64,000 nt of DNA from a virus. The notes beneath the pieces were generated by a model. The model made no database searches. It was not told the origin of the DNA and saw nothing but the letters and a program-made list of their open reading frames with translations. Below are positions 39,902 through 50,401 of the stretch, piece after piece. Position 1 is the stretch's first letter, and each line of letters starts with the position of its first letter. Both the position numbers and the translations under genes were made by a program. Location of the stretch: the IMG/VR virus record IMGVR_UViG_3300045988_111815, positions 80,893 through 144,892 of that record, one strand, 5' to 3'.

Positions 39902-41035
39902 TTAATATACTGACTGTTCTTCCTTTACCTCTTGTTCTTGATCTTGATTGTTCGTAACGTCTTCCACAGTATAGAGCTTGGGCGGCGTCGGCGGCTGGTT
40001 GGGGTTCACGAACTTCGTCCCTCCCTCCCCGTACATCCATCCATGCCCCGGCAGGATCTCTGGGTGGATTGTATTAGTAAGCTCTTCCATACTAACTTGC
40101 CTTACCTTCAGTATATGATGAAACACCAGTCCGGCTGTCCTGAATGATGTTTTGTTTTCAGTTTTAAACCGGTCAAGAGTCTGATACCAGTCTTTCCCAA
40201 ATATCATATACTTGTCCAGCCCGTATCTGCGAGGATTATGCAAACCTATCATTAACGTACATAGTTGCCCCAGCGTATCAGACTGATAAAAGTCAGAAAG
40301 ACGGGGAGGCTGCTCTTGAGGGCTTTTTATCCTTCCTTCTATCTCTCTGTTGAATTGGGATATGATGAGGAAAAATATGTTTTTATATACTAATTTAGCC
40401 TCGTTCATAACCGCCACCAAATCATCTATAGCCGACTTAGGATCCAATCCCATTCTTTTTATCAAAGCAATATGATCGACTTTAAATATTATAAGACGTT
40501 TGTCTTTATGCTTAGTAGCTATATGATATACAGCCGCCTCAAACTCTTTTACCGTACACGGAGCGTCGATGTATATTATATTATTTCTGATTTCACCTTG
40601 AAGGATTTCAAACATCCTCATCTCTTCTACTGTATTAGAATCTTGCCTTCTTAATATTTCAGGAGCCCGTTTTTTCATATCCTGACTCATTCTGCGAAGA
40701 AGAAGATCTTGAGGATTCATTTCGAACTCGCAATTGACAAGAAAATAATCTTCTGCTTGTGGGTTGATCATCGGATTCATCACATTTTCCAATATCTTTT
40801 GGGCCACATACGATTTACCCACAGATGGCCGAGCCCCTATGGCAATAGCATGCTGAGGGAAAATACCTCCAAGCAAAGCCTCATCAATATAATCGTATCC
40901 GGTTTTAGCGGGGATAAGCTCTCCCCGCCTGTATTTTAAGATATTCTCATACGCCTCTTCCATAACCTGTTTGGAGGTTTTGAATATCCTTCTTATATCT
41001 ATCCTATTTGCTATCTCCTCGTGCATTTTTGTCAC
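39902..41035 (-). CDS. DnaB-like replicative helicase, RecA-fold C-terminal domain (377 aa)
   Basis: IDEALLGGIFPQHAIAIGARPSVGKS (Walker A in DnaB context). Walker B-like IIFKVDHIAL. Confidence 0.75.
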   Translation of the reverse strand: MTKMHEEIANRIDIRRIFKTSKQVMEEAYENILKYRRGELIPAKTGYDYIDEALLGGIFPQHAIAIGARPSVGKSYVAQKILENVMNPMINPQAEDYFLVNCEFEMNPQDLLLRRMSQDMKKRAPEILRRQDSNTVEEMRMFEILQGEIRNNIIYIDAPCTVKEFEAAVYHIATKHKDKRLIIFKVDHIALIKRMGLDPKSAIDDLVAVMNEAKLVYKNIFFLIISQFNREIEGRIKSPQEQPPRLSDFYQSDTLGQLCTLMIGLHNPRRYGLDKYMIFGKDWYQTLDRFKTENKTSFRTAGLVFHHILKVRQVSMEELTNTIHPEILPGHGWMYGEGGTKFVNPNQPPTPPKLYTVEDVTNNQDQEQEVKEEQSVY

Positions 41036-41282
41036 CTTTTGTATCCGATTTGGATCCCCTATTAGCTTTTACTGATTTATACCTAAGACCGTTTTTGGTA
41101 TGAGAACAATCTTTGCCTTTCCTCCAGCTTTTGCCTTTCTTCTTGTCCGTTTCGTAGTTTTTACGACCAAGCTCCCGGCGTTTGGCTTTCTGTTCCGGTC
41201 TGGCATTTATCTCCTTGTCCTTTTTAGCCTTTTTCTTCCTGGCTTCGGGATGAGTCCTGTAGTACTCTGTCGATCTACCCAT
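41004..41282 (-). CDS. Lys/Arg-rich basic small protein (92 aa)
   Basis: Highly basic low-complexity ORF overlapping the DnaB start; possibly a DNA-binding protein. Confidence 0.35.
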   Translation of the reverse strand: MGRSTEYYRTHPEARKKKAKKDKEINARPEQKAKRRELGRKNYETDKKKGKSWRKGKDCSHTKNGLRYKSVKANRGSKSDTKGDKNARGDSK

Positions 41283-41334
41283 GTGCTTATATTTTTTTTG
41301 ATGAATAATAGCACAAAGATAGGTAATTCGCGTC

Positions 41335-41901
41335 CTATTTCAACCTGCCGTAGCTCATATCGGGATCACACCAGACATACCCGTCTTTCTCATCATGGAG
41401 ATACTCAGGGCATCCTCTGCATGCGCTACTGCCTGACACTATTTGATTGTTCTTATTAGGGCACTTATCTCCAGGTTTATGCCATTCTATTCTCGAACCT
41501 GATCGTTCTTTGTTTACATGACAGAACTGAAAGACTTTTCCCATCGTCTTCTCGCCAAACATACCTATATGTGTGTACTCTTCCGGTATAGCGAGAAATT
41601 CAGATAAATCTTTATACATCCTTTCCCGTTCCTCTGGCGTAGACCATAGTCTATCAAGTTCGGCATGGACTCTTATCTTAAGAGACCTCAGTGATGGCCC
41701 CGCAAGCCGGCCTTTAGCTTTTCCCTTATTCGGCCCTGATTCATGAACACCGACATAAGCGTTGCATGGTTTACACATCATAACCATCCCTAAGCCTTTT
41801 CTGCTATATATTTTATCGGCATTGACCAACTCGGTTTCTCTTCCGCAATAAGGGCAAATTTCGCCTCTTAAAATCCGTTGTTGCCGCACATTGAGTTCCA
41901 T
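41335..41901 (-). CDS. Zinc-finger protein (188 aa)
   Basis: CPYCG…CKPCNAYVGVH plus C-terminal CRGCPEY. Resembles a phage zinc-finger family; the family assignment is from memory only. Confidence 0.45.
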   Translation of the reverse strand: MELNVRQQRILRGEICPYCGRETELVNADKIYSRKGLGMVMMCKPCNAYVGVHESGPNKGKAKGRLAGPSLRSLKIRVHAELDRLWSTPEERERMYKDLSEFLAIPEEYTHIGMFGEKTMGKVFQFCHVNKERSGSRIEWHKPGDKCPNKNNQIVSGSSACRGCPEYLHDEKDGYVWCDPDMSYGRLK

Positions 41902-42143
41902 ACTCTATCCTTTTGTTTCTCTTTAAACTTTTCATACAAACTGCTTTCAGTTTCCATTTCCGAGATCTCCACCTCTACGTCCTCTCTTTTGAAAATTACT
42001 TTCTTGGCTGTAGGATACGCACATTTAGAGATACGAATAGCATTACGAATAGCGTAAACAAAATACGTTTCTGGTGATGATTCGATCACCACTACCTCGT
42101 TTAAAGTGTTTTTGTAATTTTCCATATTATCTGCTTGCTTCAA
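41868..42143 (-). CDS. Hypothetical protein (91 aa)
   Basis: ORF only. Confidence 0.4.
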   Translation of the reverse strand: MKQADNMENYKNTLNEVVVIESSPETYFVYAIRNAIRISKCAYPTAKKVIFKREDVEVEISEMETESSLYEKFKEKQKDRVWNSMCGNNGF

Positions 42144-42480
42144 TTATATAACCAGGATGATCTTCACACGCCTCTTTGTATTCGATAAGAAACTTAAGAA
42201 ATGAATCATAAGACCCCCATCCGTTTTCCGGCTCGTATCTCAAAAGACTTTTTCTCTTAGAGATCATAATACATATACCTTTTGTAAGTACATTCTTCAT
42301 CTCATTGGTATATATTTCTTTATACAATTCTTCTGGTCTCCAAACATAATCGTACAGCGTTTCTTTATTTTCCGATACGAATATCCTTTGTGCCATCTTG
42401 TTCATGTTGTGGGTGATGTTTGCAACCCATTCACGATCCTCTTCTTTCTTCTTGTTCTTAATATAAACATCCAGGCTCAT
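42127..42480 (-). CDS. Hypothetical protein (117 aa)
   Basis: ORF only. Confidence 0.45.
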   Translation of the reverse strand: MSLDVYIKNKKKEEDREWVANITHNMNKMAQRIFVSENKETLYDYVWRPEELYKEIYTNEMKNVLTKGICIMISKRKSLLRYEPENGWGSYDSFLKFLIEYKEACEDHPGYIIEASR

Positions 42481-43471
42481 GATATTTCTCTTTTACCTTG
42501 ATATTAATTATCAAATCTGCCACATCATCTCCGTCTCCTACATTTTCAACATTTTGAAGATAGTCTGATACTTTTATCCTTGACTTCATCATCATCCCAT
42601 CTATCTTTTTACTCCATGTCTCAAATGCTTGTCCTTTGTCCGGAAAAGCTACAGTCTTTCTATCTTTTAAAACATCTATCACTTCCGGCCTTAGATTCTG
42701 CAACCCACCGGTAGCTACAAACAACTCATCTGGTTTATTCACGGCGCATATAATAGCCGTCTTTTCTGATTCCACCAGATTAACCACCTTATCCGGATAC
42801 TGGCTTAGAAGATGCTCCCCGAACAGGCATTGTCTAAACAAGAAGTCCCTTGCATGCAACGAGTGATAAAACATAACATGAGGCCGCTCATTGTCACCGT
42901 CTTTTTCTTTCACTCTTTTTACATCAATCTCATTCCCCTGGCTGTCGGTCTTTATATAAAAGTCCATGATCTTGCCAGTTCTACATACAAAGTCCTTATC
43001 TATCTGCCAGAATATACAACACCCTTTCCATCCCCATAAGTCCATTGTTCCGACATGATATCTTCTAAATACGTCAGATACCCTTTCTTTTCCCCATAGA
43101 GACGATAAAAATCTAAATACAGTATTTCTATCATCTGGAACCACAGTCCTCTCAAACTCGCTAAAAGGTATGTAATTTACAACGTCAGGATTTACAGGAG
43201 GACGATAAGCTCTTATACACTTGTTTCCTGAAATCCAAAGATCTTTGTCACCTACATCCTTACCGGTAGGTCGTTTATCGTAACCGCAAGTCCGTTCATG
43301 ATCGCATCTTCCGAACTCGTTGCCAACAACCTGACCTGTTGCCACATCAATATAAGGAGTGAGGCACCGGCTTTTCCCGCAAGCTGGGCAGGTTAGCTTC
43401 AGTCGGCTCCTGCCCGGCCTGCGGTCAAGTTGAAACCGAGGTACGTTTTCGTATTTTCTAAAATCAAGCAT
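42458..43471 (-). CDS. DNA primase (zinc-binding domain plus TOPRIM, 337 aa)
   Basis: N-terminal CPACGK…C…C zinc ribbon. C-terminal LVESEKTAII…VGDGDDVADL (TOPRIM E and DxD). Confidence 0.6.
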   Translation of the reverse strand: MLDFRKYENVPRFQLDRRPGRSRLKLTCPACGKSRCLTPYIDVATGQVVGNEFGRCDHERTCGYDKRPTGKDVGDKDLWISGNKCIRAYRPPVNPDVVNYIPFSEFERTVVPDDRNTVFRFLSSLWGKERVSDVFRRYHVGTMDLWGWKGCCIFWQIDKDFVCRTGKIMDFYIKTDSQGNEIDVKRVKEKDGDNERPHVMFYHSLHARDFLFRQCLFGEHLLSQYPDKVVNLVESEKTAIICAVNKPDELFVATGGLQNLRPEVIDVLKDRKTVAFPDKGQAFETWSKKIDGMMMKSRIKVSDYLQNVENVGDGDDVADLIINIKVKEKYHEPGCLY

Positions 43472-43814
43472 TTTTAACTCCTCTCATCGCCTCTATGATT
43501 CTATCTGCTATAGTTATAGACCATGACACCACATCTGGTACATATACTCCGCAATCTATTTCACCTTTTCTATTTTGTGCTTTAACAAACTCAATAGAAT
43601 AAGCCTTGATAAGATCGAATCTACGTTGCTCCCAGTCTACATCTTTGTTTTCGTCATTTACAGGAAGGGTATCGAGATAAAAATTTAAACTCTCACTTAT
43701 CACATTCCCATTATCACCATAGAACTGTATTCTGTCATGGTCGCTTCTTGTAGTTGAGCTACTGAAAGTGATTACGTCTATTATCTCTCCTGTTCTTCTA
43801 ATTTTTCTTTTCAT
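43464..43814 (-). CDS. Hypothetical protein (116 aa)
   Basis: ORF only. Confidence 0.4.
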   Translation of the reverse strand: MKRKIRRTGEIIDVITFSSSTTRSDHDRIQFYGDNGNVISESLNFYLDTLPVNDENKDVDWEQRRFDLIKAYSIEFVKAQNRKGEIDCGVYVPDVVSWSITIADRIIEAMRGVKNA

Positions 43815-44044
43815 ACTCTTCTTGTATTTCTGACCAATATAGGCATTATTATTTCGATGGTCTTGCCATATTTCTTATGAGATGCAAGTACACATATTGC
43901 ATATTTATCTCCTATTTTCAAATCTTTCGATAATCTTAATCTCGAACCCCTTTTGATGTTAATAAAATAACAACCAAAAGGATTGATGCATATCGGTTTT
44001 ACGATTTCTATATAATCTCCTTCAGGAATAACAATATCGTTCAT
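43811..44044 (-). CDS. Hypothetical protein (77 aa)
   Basis: ORF only. Confidence 0.35.
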   Translation of the reverse strand: MNDIVIPEGDYIEIVKPICINPFGCYFINIKRGSRLRLSKDLKIGDKYAICVLASHKKYGKTIEIIMPILVRNTRRV

Positions 44045-45357
44045 ATTATGAATCTTTTAGACATTTCCTCTGCAATATCATACACGACCGTATGATCCTC
44101 TTCATTGTACGGCTTATTGATATTCAGCACTCCTTTTCTCACTTTGAACTTCTTATCTTTTCTAAGGTGATTCAACATACCTTGTTGGAACACGCAGTCC
44201 GCTTTCTCCATAGCAGCATTTTTATCAGACCATTCTTTTAGCGTATAACCTTTACTGTTCGTGCTTTTTGGAGAAAAATTCATAATACGTGCATCAATTC
44301 CGTACCAGTTTTTAACCATTCTTCTTTCAGCCTCCAATTGAAAAGCGTGTTCATTTCGTATGTCACCTGATTTAAAATCTAAGATAACAATCTCTTCTTT
44401 CTCCACTTCTCTCACTTCCTTCTTCGGATCACCTTTTTTGAACTGCCCTGTGGCCCTTTGATACACGGCTCCAAAATAACCTTCTTCTTTGTATTTGAAT
44501 GTCATTTCAACCATCGCATCTATCGGCGTAGCTACCAAATAGTCCTCTAATGACAATATTCTTTCAATCATCATCGGCTTAACCTTATACTCCGAACAAA
44601 ACTTAGCAAACTTCATAACTCTGACAATCATATCGTCAAGATCATCTATGCTACCAAAGAATTTGTCAAGATTCTTTTTTGATATTTTAAGCTTGCCTTC
44701 TTGCACTGTCTTAACTATAAAACTTCGATTTAAGACCATATCTCTACCTGTCAAGTACAATCCGTATAGGTAGTGCATGATCGTTCCTTTATCTGCATCA
44801 TATTCTGATACTTCTTCCGGATTGCGACCAATCATCCTCATCTCCTGTCTCCATTCTTGAAGAGCCGTCTTGTCATCTACGAATCCGTCTCTGATCATGG
44901 TTGTTACCGAGGCGTATATCTTGGCTGTCCCATCGTCCATCTTTCTTACATAAAAACGATTACCGTCTAATGTCAATCTTACGAATTTGGGAGTCTCGAT
45001 CTTCTTTAACTCATCACAGATATAAAACGGCTCTAACGTTTCCTGATTTTCTGTAAACGGATTCGAATCTTCTTCTCCAGGGTTAGGAGCGGCTTCCTCC
45101 GCCTGAGCTTCCGGTTCCTCCTTCTGGGCCTGCTCTGGCTCAGGCGCCGGCTCTTCAACTACTGGAACCTGTCCACCTTTTTCTGCTATGTCTCTGTTCT
45201 TTATTAAAGACATAACCTCCTTCTTCAACTGCTCTGGTGTTTGGTTAGGATCTGACACCGACATCACAACATCGTTCATTCTAAACAACGTATTTCCTTC
45301 TCCTTCTACCATAGGCGCAAACCCTAAATCTGTCAATATTTTTATCTTCTCTTTCAT
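44041..45357 (-). CDS. Protein with C-terminal PD-(D/E)XK nuclease-like domain (438 aa)
   Basis: …ATPIDAMVEM…IVILDFKSGD… (D…DxK). Acidic Pro/Glu-rich linker. Confidence 0.5.
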   Translation of the reverse strand: MKEKIKILTDLGFAPMVEGEGNTLFRMNDVVMSVSDPNQTPEQLKKEVMSLIKNRDIAEKGGQVPVVEEPAPEPEQAQKEEPEAQAEEAAPNPGEEDSNPFTENQETLEPFYICDELKKIETPKFVRLTLDGNRFYVRKMDDGTAKIYASVTTMIRDGFVDDKTALQEWRQEMRMIGRNPEEVSEYDADKGTIMHYLYGLYLTGRDMVLNRSFIVKTVQEGKLKISKKNLDKFFGSIDDLDDMIVRVMKFAKFCSEYKVKPMMIERILSLEDYLVATPIDAMVEMTFKYKEEGYFGAVYQRATGQFKKGDPKKEVREVEKEEIVILDFKSGDIRNEHAFQLEAERRMVKNWYGIDARIMNFSPKSTNSKGYTLKEWSDKNAAMEKADCVFQQGMLNHLRKDKKFKVRKGVLNINKPYNEEDHTVVYDIAEEMSKRFII

Positions 45358-45515
45358 GATCTTCCTCTAATCAATTCTTCTTTAATACAATGTAACACTG
45401 TTTCCACTTCATCTTTATCTCTATCTTTCACTGCGATAGCTATATCCTTGCCATAACTCTCTCTCTTTGTATGTGAGCATAAAAGATAGTTTCATTGTCA
45501 GCTTCTATTCTTATT

Positions 45516-46040
45516 TTATAAAGCTTTCTCATATCTGTCAATTATTTCAATAATTAATCTACCTCTTTCTTTAATCATCCCCCTGCTTTCCATATCCAGC
45601 ACCTTCTTTACCGCATACTTCCATACAAAAGGAAATTCTGTTTCAAGTTTATCAAATTCCATCCGGTCAAGATACATGTCGAATACCGTATGCTCCGATT
45701 CATGTAGAAAAACTATATTATCTCTGCAAGTGGCAACCGACTTATATATCCTTTTTGGAAGTATGTGACATACGTTACATACTGTAGGAAAATGAATAGC
45801 CTTACCGGTCATAGACATTCGAATACTATTCAACTCCTCCAGCATAAGACGAAAAAACCCGGATAAATCCGGGTTCTCTAACTTTTTCTTCTTGCTGCTG
45901 TTTTTAATGGATGTAATTCTGTTTTTTTTCTTCGGAGTCAACTCTTTGCTCCTGCAAGCCTGGCATAAGCCATGACTTCTTATCATCACTTTTCGTCCGC
46001 ATCGTTCGCAGACGTATAGCTTCTTTTCCTTGCTTTCCAT
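45516..46040 (-). CDS. Zn-ribbon plus HNH-like endonuclease protein (174 aa)
   Basis: CERCGRK…CQAC, then CNVCHILPKR…DNIVFLHESEH (H-N-H arrangement). Confidence 0.4.
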   Translation of the reverse strand: MESKEKKLYVCERCGRKVMIRSHGLCQACRSKELTPKKKNRITSIKNSSKKKKLENPDLSGFFRLMLEELNSIRMSMTGKAIHFPTVCNVCHILPKRIYKSVATCRDNIVFLHESEHTVFDMYLDRMEFDKLETEFPFVWKYAVKKVLDMESRGMIKERGRLIIEIIDRYEKAL

Positions 46041-46225
46041 TCGAATAATAATGATATTATTGAAAAGAACAATCCCGCTGAAGCCAGTAGATAAGGTACG
46101 TTCATTAATAATTTAGATACCTCGTCTGTCTTAATCACTATCAGAAGGAAAGCGCCTGCTGAAAGCAATGATATTATCGCCACAACAAGCGCTATGTTGG
46201 AAACTACATCATCCTTACTCTTCAC
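45986..46225 (-). CDS. Small membrane protein (79 aa)
   Basis: Two hydrophobic helices. Confidence 0.35.
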   Translation of the reverse strand: MKSKDDVVSNIALVVAIISLLSAGAFLLIVIKTDEVSKLLMNVPYLLASAGLFFSIISLLFEWKARKRSYTSANDADEK

Positions 46226-46685
46226 TCTTCTTCTCGCCTAATTTTTCAGCTCCCTTCTGAAGATCGTATTTGAATACGTCTATGATCTTCGTTTCAGCAA
46301 TAGCTTCGCAATTCCAGTCGCCCAACGTACCCTGCATGCCTTTAGTCAACACAGCTTCGGCATCCTTGGGATTGCCGGCCTGGACATACATATAGCATGG
46401 AGTTTTCTTTTCTTTACCTTTCTTTTCATTCAGTGTAATGTAATTTACCTTACACTTATACCAGTACTCAGCTTCTCCGTTGAAGAAGAGTTCCGACACT
46501 TTAATAGGATTTATTTTAACAATGTCGAACACTTGAAATAAATCCTTGAAAATCTCTAAAGATCTTGATTCTGCCTCTGTATAAGATAAGGCATCTACCA
46601 AATACTTTTCAGTTACTTTCTTTTTTTTGCCGTTCTCGATATTATCAATCTCGGCTTTTACCGTAATTTCAAACCAGCGATTCAT
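46215..46685 (-). CDS. Hypothetical protein (156 aa)
   Basis: ORF only. Confidence 0.45.
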   Translation of the reverse strand: MNRWFEITVKAEIDNIENGKKKKVTEKYLVDALSYTEAESRSLEIFKDLFQVFDIVKINPIKVSELFFNGEAEYWYKCKVNYITLNEKKGKEKKTPCYMYVQAGNPKDAEAVLTKGMQGTLGDWNCEAIAETKIIDVFKYDLQKGAEKLGEKKSEE

Positions 46686-46696
46686 TGTATTAATAT

Positions 46697-46972
46697 TTAA
46701 TTAGTTGATTTCTTTCCTTTCTCTATACTATTTTTAAATCTTTCAGAACACCACTGCAAAACGTCCATCATCATCATTTCATTATTAGATAAGATGCCTT
46801 TTATAACTAACGCCAATTGATACTGTGACATTCTTTGGCTCATATCAAATCTTCTTTCCTCTTCATTTACTATCGTAGCCACGAAATACTTACACCCCTC
46901 TAAGTGCGTCAGGGCTTCAATCATAGCTTCTTTTATCTCTTTTTCTTCCATTCTGTTTGTTTTTTTGGACAA
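46697..46972 (-). CDS. Hypothetical protein (91 aa)
   Basis: Preceded by a Bacteroides-type box (plus caaagata at 46991-46998). Confidence 0.4.
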   Translation of the reverse strand: MSKKTNRMEEKEIKEAMIEALTHLEGCKYFVATIVNEEERRFDMSQRMSQYQLALVIKGILSNNEMMMMDVLQWCSERFKNSIEKGKKSTN

Positions 46973-47024
46973 AGATATGTCTTTTGATAATAAAAAAGAT
47001 TCAAAATGATTTAATTTAGCTTAA

Positions 47025-47693
47025 TTACTGCTCTTTTGATTCGTCCGGTATAGGCATGTCAAACTTTTTTCTGATAAACGACTCTGTTTCTTCATTGAAT
47101 GGATAGGCCTCCTTGATAAAATTCATAGCTACCTCCATGTCACCGTCTGCTATATCTTTATACCTTTCAAAGATACCAACCAGGTCATTGTTGTATGAAC
47201 GTTCTTGTTTTATGTTGTACACGTATTTCAATACCCTGTCTTTGATTTCATTGGCTTTTTTCACAGTATCATTGAAAGAATTTATACTTTCCAATTCTGG
47301 ATCTTTGTTTTCCTTGTTTACCTTATCAAACTCTTCCTTGCTATATCCCGCTTCTCCTGTAATGGCTGGGCAAACACTTCCATTTATGATCCAAAACTGC
47401 TCATACGATCCTATCAGAAACTTTGATTCCATTTTAAATGCATTATATTTAATAAGCAAATTAGCCACCTCTGTTGCACCTTCTATGGTTCTAAAACCGA
47501 TGCCGATATCTTTTAACATAAATACTGGAACTTCAGTTCTTGGATACACGACTTCTTTTTTGTTCTTTATATTCCAGTTTTTAGCTTCAATTGGAATACC
47601 TTTACCAGCAAGCTCTTTGTCTATATACAGATATATCTCTTTGCATGTCAATGACACAATCTCATCTCTGCTTAAATCAAAAACTGTTTTCAT
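47025..47693 (-). CDS. Hypothetical protein (222 aa)
   Basis: ORF only. Confidence 0.5.
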   Translation of the reverse strand: MKTVFDLSRDEIVSLTCKEIYLYIDKELAGKGIPIEAKNWNIKNKKEVVYPRTEVPVFMLKDIGIGFRTIEGATEVANLLIKYNAFKMESKFLIGSYEQFWIINGSVCPAITGEAGYSKEEFDKVNKENKDPELESINSFNDTVKKANEIKDRVLKYVYNIKQERSYNNDLVGIFERYKDIADGDMEVAMNFIKEAYPFNEETESFIRKKFDMPIPDESKEQ

Positions 47694-47893
47694 TTCTTTT
47701 TATTTATTAAATTAAACAATCTACCTCTTTGTTCGGGCTCCGTATATTCAACCCATATATCGGCTGCCACATTTCTAAGAAATTCCATAAAGTCTTGATG
47801 ATCCCTGTATTCAGCAGAATCAACTTTTCTCACAAAACTTAGAATTTCCTTTAACATCTTATTGTTTTCTTCAAGAAGTTCTCTGTCGGTCAT
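47690..47893 (-). CDS. Hypothetical protein (67 aa)
   Basis: ATGA overlap with the downstream gene. Confidence 0.35.
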   Translation of the reverse strand: MTDRELLEENNKMLKEILSFVRKVDSAEYRDHQDFMEFLRNVAADIWVEYTEPEQRGRLFNLINKKK

Positions 47894-48013
47894 AACCTTT
47901 CATATTTTCTTCTTAAGTCTTTACCTGCCCAGATATCATGATCTTTTTCTTGTTCTTGATAAATCTTTGCTGCTTTTTCAATATCTTCTCTTTTCATAAT
48001 TTTATACTTTAAT

Positions 48014-48262
48014 CTAACCTCCAATAAAATCATCGGGAGTTATATATCCTACTGATTCCATACGGTCTATAATCTCATTCGCATTCATTTCTGAACCGTT
48101 CCATTCAAGTATGATTTCATTTCCTGAAGCCATGCTCAAATTAGGCTCATTATCTCTAAATCCTGAGAAAGCAAGATGTTCCCAAATGGATTGCAGTGCA
48201 AGGTCCGCTTCGTTTTGTTTGTTTTCTGCTTTCTTTATGGCATTTCTTAATTTTTTATTCAT
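48014..48262 (-). CDS. Hypothetical protein (~82 aa; start trimmed to MNKKL)
   Basis: The track ORF 48014..48349 has an Arg-rich junk-like N-terminus that overlaps the upstream gene. The internal ATG at 48262 removes the overlap. Confidence 0.4.
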   Translation of the reverse strand: MNKKLRNAIKKAENKQNEADLALQSIWEHLAFSGFRDNEPNLSMASGNEIILEWNGSEMNANEIIDRMESVGYITPDDFIGG

Positions 48263-48264
48263 TA

Positions 48265-48516
48265 TCACCCCCTTTCTTCTTCGCATGGGAGCAAGTCCTC
48301 GATGTATGCCCAGCGCATATAATGATCCTTTTCTGAAAGTTCTTCCCATGGCTTGCTCTTGGTTAAATAGACCAAATCATAAGCACCTTCAATATCCTCC
48401 ACAATGAGCAGCTTCCCTTTGTCTGGCTTTTCTCTTGCATCGTGCCACACGCTGTTAATGCGCCATTCTGCACCAGCTTTAAAAAGAGGAACAGCATATT
48501 CTATATCTTGTTTCAT
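48265..48516 (-). CDS. Hypothetical protein (83 aa)
   Basis: ORF only. Confidence 0.4.
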   Translation of the reverse strand: MKQDIEYAVPLFKAGAEWRINSVWHDAREKPDKGKLLIVEDIEGAYDLVYLTKSKPWEELSEKDHYMRWAYIEDLLPCEEERG

Positions 48517-48560
48517 GTCTTATTATTGTTTAATTAATTTAAATATTTTTAGTTTTGAAA

Positions 48561-48806
48561 TTATTTAATATGCTTATCGGCTGGATTGATTATCAATCCA
48601 TCGTCACATGAAGGGAATGATATGTTAGATTCTCCATTATCAAGATTAGTCAGTTTAACCGTTCCAGCATATTCATCATCCACAAAAAACAATTGACCCG
48701 AAGAAACCACAAACCTGCATTGATATGCATTCATCATTGCTCCAAGTTGTCTAATCTTAGTTTTAATCTCTAAAAGTTGAGCGTTGTTGATTATATTCTT
48801 ATTCAT
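48561..48806 (-). CDS. Hypothetical protein (81 aa)
   Basis: ORF only. Confidence 0.4.
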   Translation of the reverse strand: MNKNIINNAQLLEIKTKIRQLGAMMNAYQCRFVVSSGQLFFVDDEYAGTVKLTNLDNGESNISFPSCDDGLIINPADKHIK

Positions 48807-48959
48807 ATTTTATTAAAGTTTATCTATTATTTTGTCACCCATTTCCTGCCATTCATCACTCACGCTTATAACCAATCCTATGACAGTGAATGATAATAAC
48901 AACGTAAAAATAAGCCATAACAGAAAGCAGATAAAAACACATACATACCTCATGATTTT

Positions 48960-49706
48960 TCAGTTGTTAGATAAAAGCAAAATCGGTTCATTTGACTCCG
49001 CAATTGCTTTTATTTGTTCTGGATTGATAAAACTCTTGACTTGTTCGCTTATATTACAAATGGACTTGATCATATCAACGAATAATTTTGAGGTGCATTC
49101 GTTGCATTCCACTTCCATTACCGGCTTATATCGATTGTATGACATACCTGCTACACAATTCAGCCAGTGCGCATAGGTTCCTTTTTCTGTATTTAACCTG
49201 CTGTATTCTACTTTTGTCTCTCCATTTCCATATTCAATTACTCTTTTTAGAAATGGTTTTGCATAAACACTAAAACCGAAAGGTTGGGTGTTTAAGGCAT
49301 CTAAACGGGAAGTTCCATCCCTCCATTTTCCATTTTCATCGCCTCCTGTCCATTCCTTAGAGGGGTTAGGGACAATATTTCCGTTTTTGTCATAGGAAAA
49401 CATGCAATTCGTTTCCAGTTGATACTTAATAATAGGCACTTCTTCTACTATTTTATAACTCAAACATCTCTTTAAAACTTCCCTGATTTGACTTTCCAAA
49501 TCAGAAAGTGCTATACTATTAAAATATCCTTCATTGCCTAATCTGTTTGTAGGTAATTTGATCCCATAAGAATGAATCTTATCCACATCTTCTTTTGATA
49601 AAGTAGTGGTAAACACCCCTTCTTTGGTGACATTCACTTTAGCAGTTACAGATAAACTGTTGTTAGCATTCTTTTCCGTTATATTTAGTGTTGTTAATGC
49701 TGCCAT
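48960..49706 (-). CDS. Hypothetical protein (248 aa)
   Basis: ORF only. Confidence 0.5.
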   Translation of the reverse strand: MAALTTLNITEKNANNSLSVTAKVNVTKEGVFTTTLSKEDVDKIHSYGIKLPTNRLGNEGYFNSIALSDLESQIREVLKRCLSYKIVEEVPIIKYQLETNCMFSYDKNGNIVPNPSKEWTGGDENGKWRDGTSRLDALNTQPFGFSVYAKPFLKRVIEYGNGETKVEYSRLNTEKGTYAHWLNCVAGMSYNRYKPVMEVECNECTSKLFVDMIKSICNISEQVKSFINPEQIKAIAESNEPILLLSNN

Positions 49707-49724
49707 AATCAGATCTTTTTAAAA

Positions 49725-49976
49725 TCAATTTGAATAAATATAATGCATTCCTGCTTCATATACCTTATGTACATCAGGGTCATTCTTGTCTTCCGGTTCC
49801 AATTCACTCTCTTCACGAGTATAATCCCATTCAGAGTTGTAGTACATATTCTCATTTGTTTTCTCCAAGGAGCAATCTTTCATCAAATTCAGATATTCTC
49901 CCCAAACTGCAACTTCTTGCTGTTGCTCTTCTTCTGTCATAAGAGATATTTTGTCTTTCAATTCTTTCCAGGTCAT
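49725..49976 (-). CDS. Acidic hypothetical protein (83 aa)
   Basis: ORF only. Confidence 0.4.
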   Translation of the reverse strand: MTWKELKDKISLMTEEEQQQEVAVWGEYLNLMKDCSLEKTNENMYYNSEWDYTREESELEPEDKNDPDVHKVYEAGMHYIYSN

Positions 49977-50005
49977 AGCTTGATTTATAAAAGGTGATTA
50001 CTAAT

Positions 50006-50389
50006 TCATTCCACATCAAAAAGTTGATCCAATACCAATAATTCCGCATTCATATCTTCATCTTTTGGAAAACGAACTTTTATGTTCCCAAACTTAGATG
50101 TTTTGAATAAAATGTAGGGATTCATATCCTCGGCAGTTACCGGTTTATATTCCTTGATTTCCGACATCTTGAGATACCAGTCGCCTATTTTCACAAATCC
50201 GGAGAAGACAGAACACAGATGCGCTTTTACAGACTGTATCTCCTTTTTATCTTTGAAAGGTATAATTTCCTCCTTCCCTCTTATCCTGATTGACAGGAAA
50301 GGACAAATATTATCTGTTTCATTTTGGAACTTAAAGCCTGTTATAGCCTGCTTTGGGATTCTTCTCCCCATTAATACAAAATAGCTCAT
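50006..50389 (-). CDS. Hypothetical protein (127 aa)
   Basis: ORF only. Confidence 0.45.
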   Translation of the reverse strand: MSYFVLMGRRIPKQAITGFKFQNETDNICPFLSIRIRGKEEIIPFKDKKEIQSVKAHLCSVFSGFVKIGDWYLKMSEIKEYKPVTAEDMNPYILFKTSKFGNIKVRFPKDEDMNAELLVLDQLFDVE

Positions 50390-50401
50390 TGTTGAAAATA
50401 T

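Noticed and set aside
47113-47715. 200-aa plus-strand ORF antisense to 47025..47693
   Set aside because: It covers exactly the same span as a better minus-strand ORF that is translationally coupled to its neighbours. Its composition is antisense-like.
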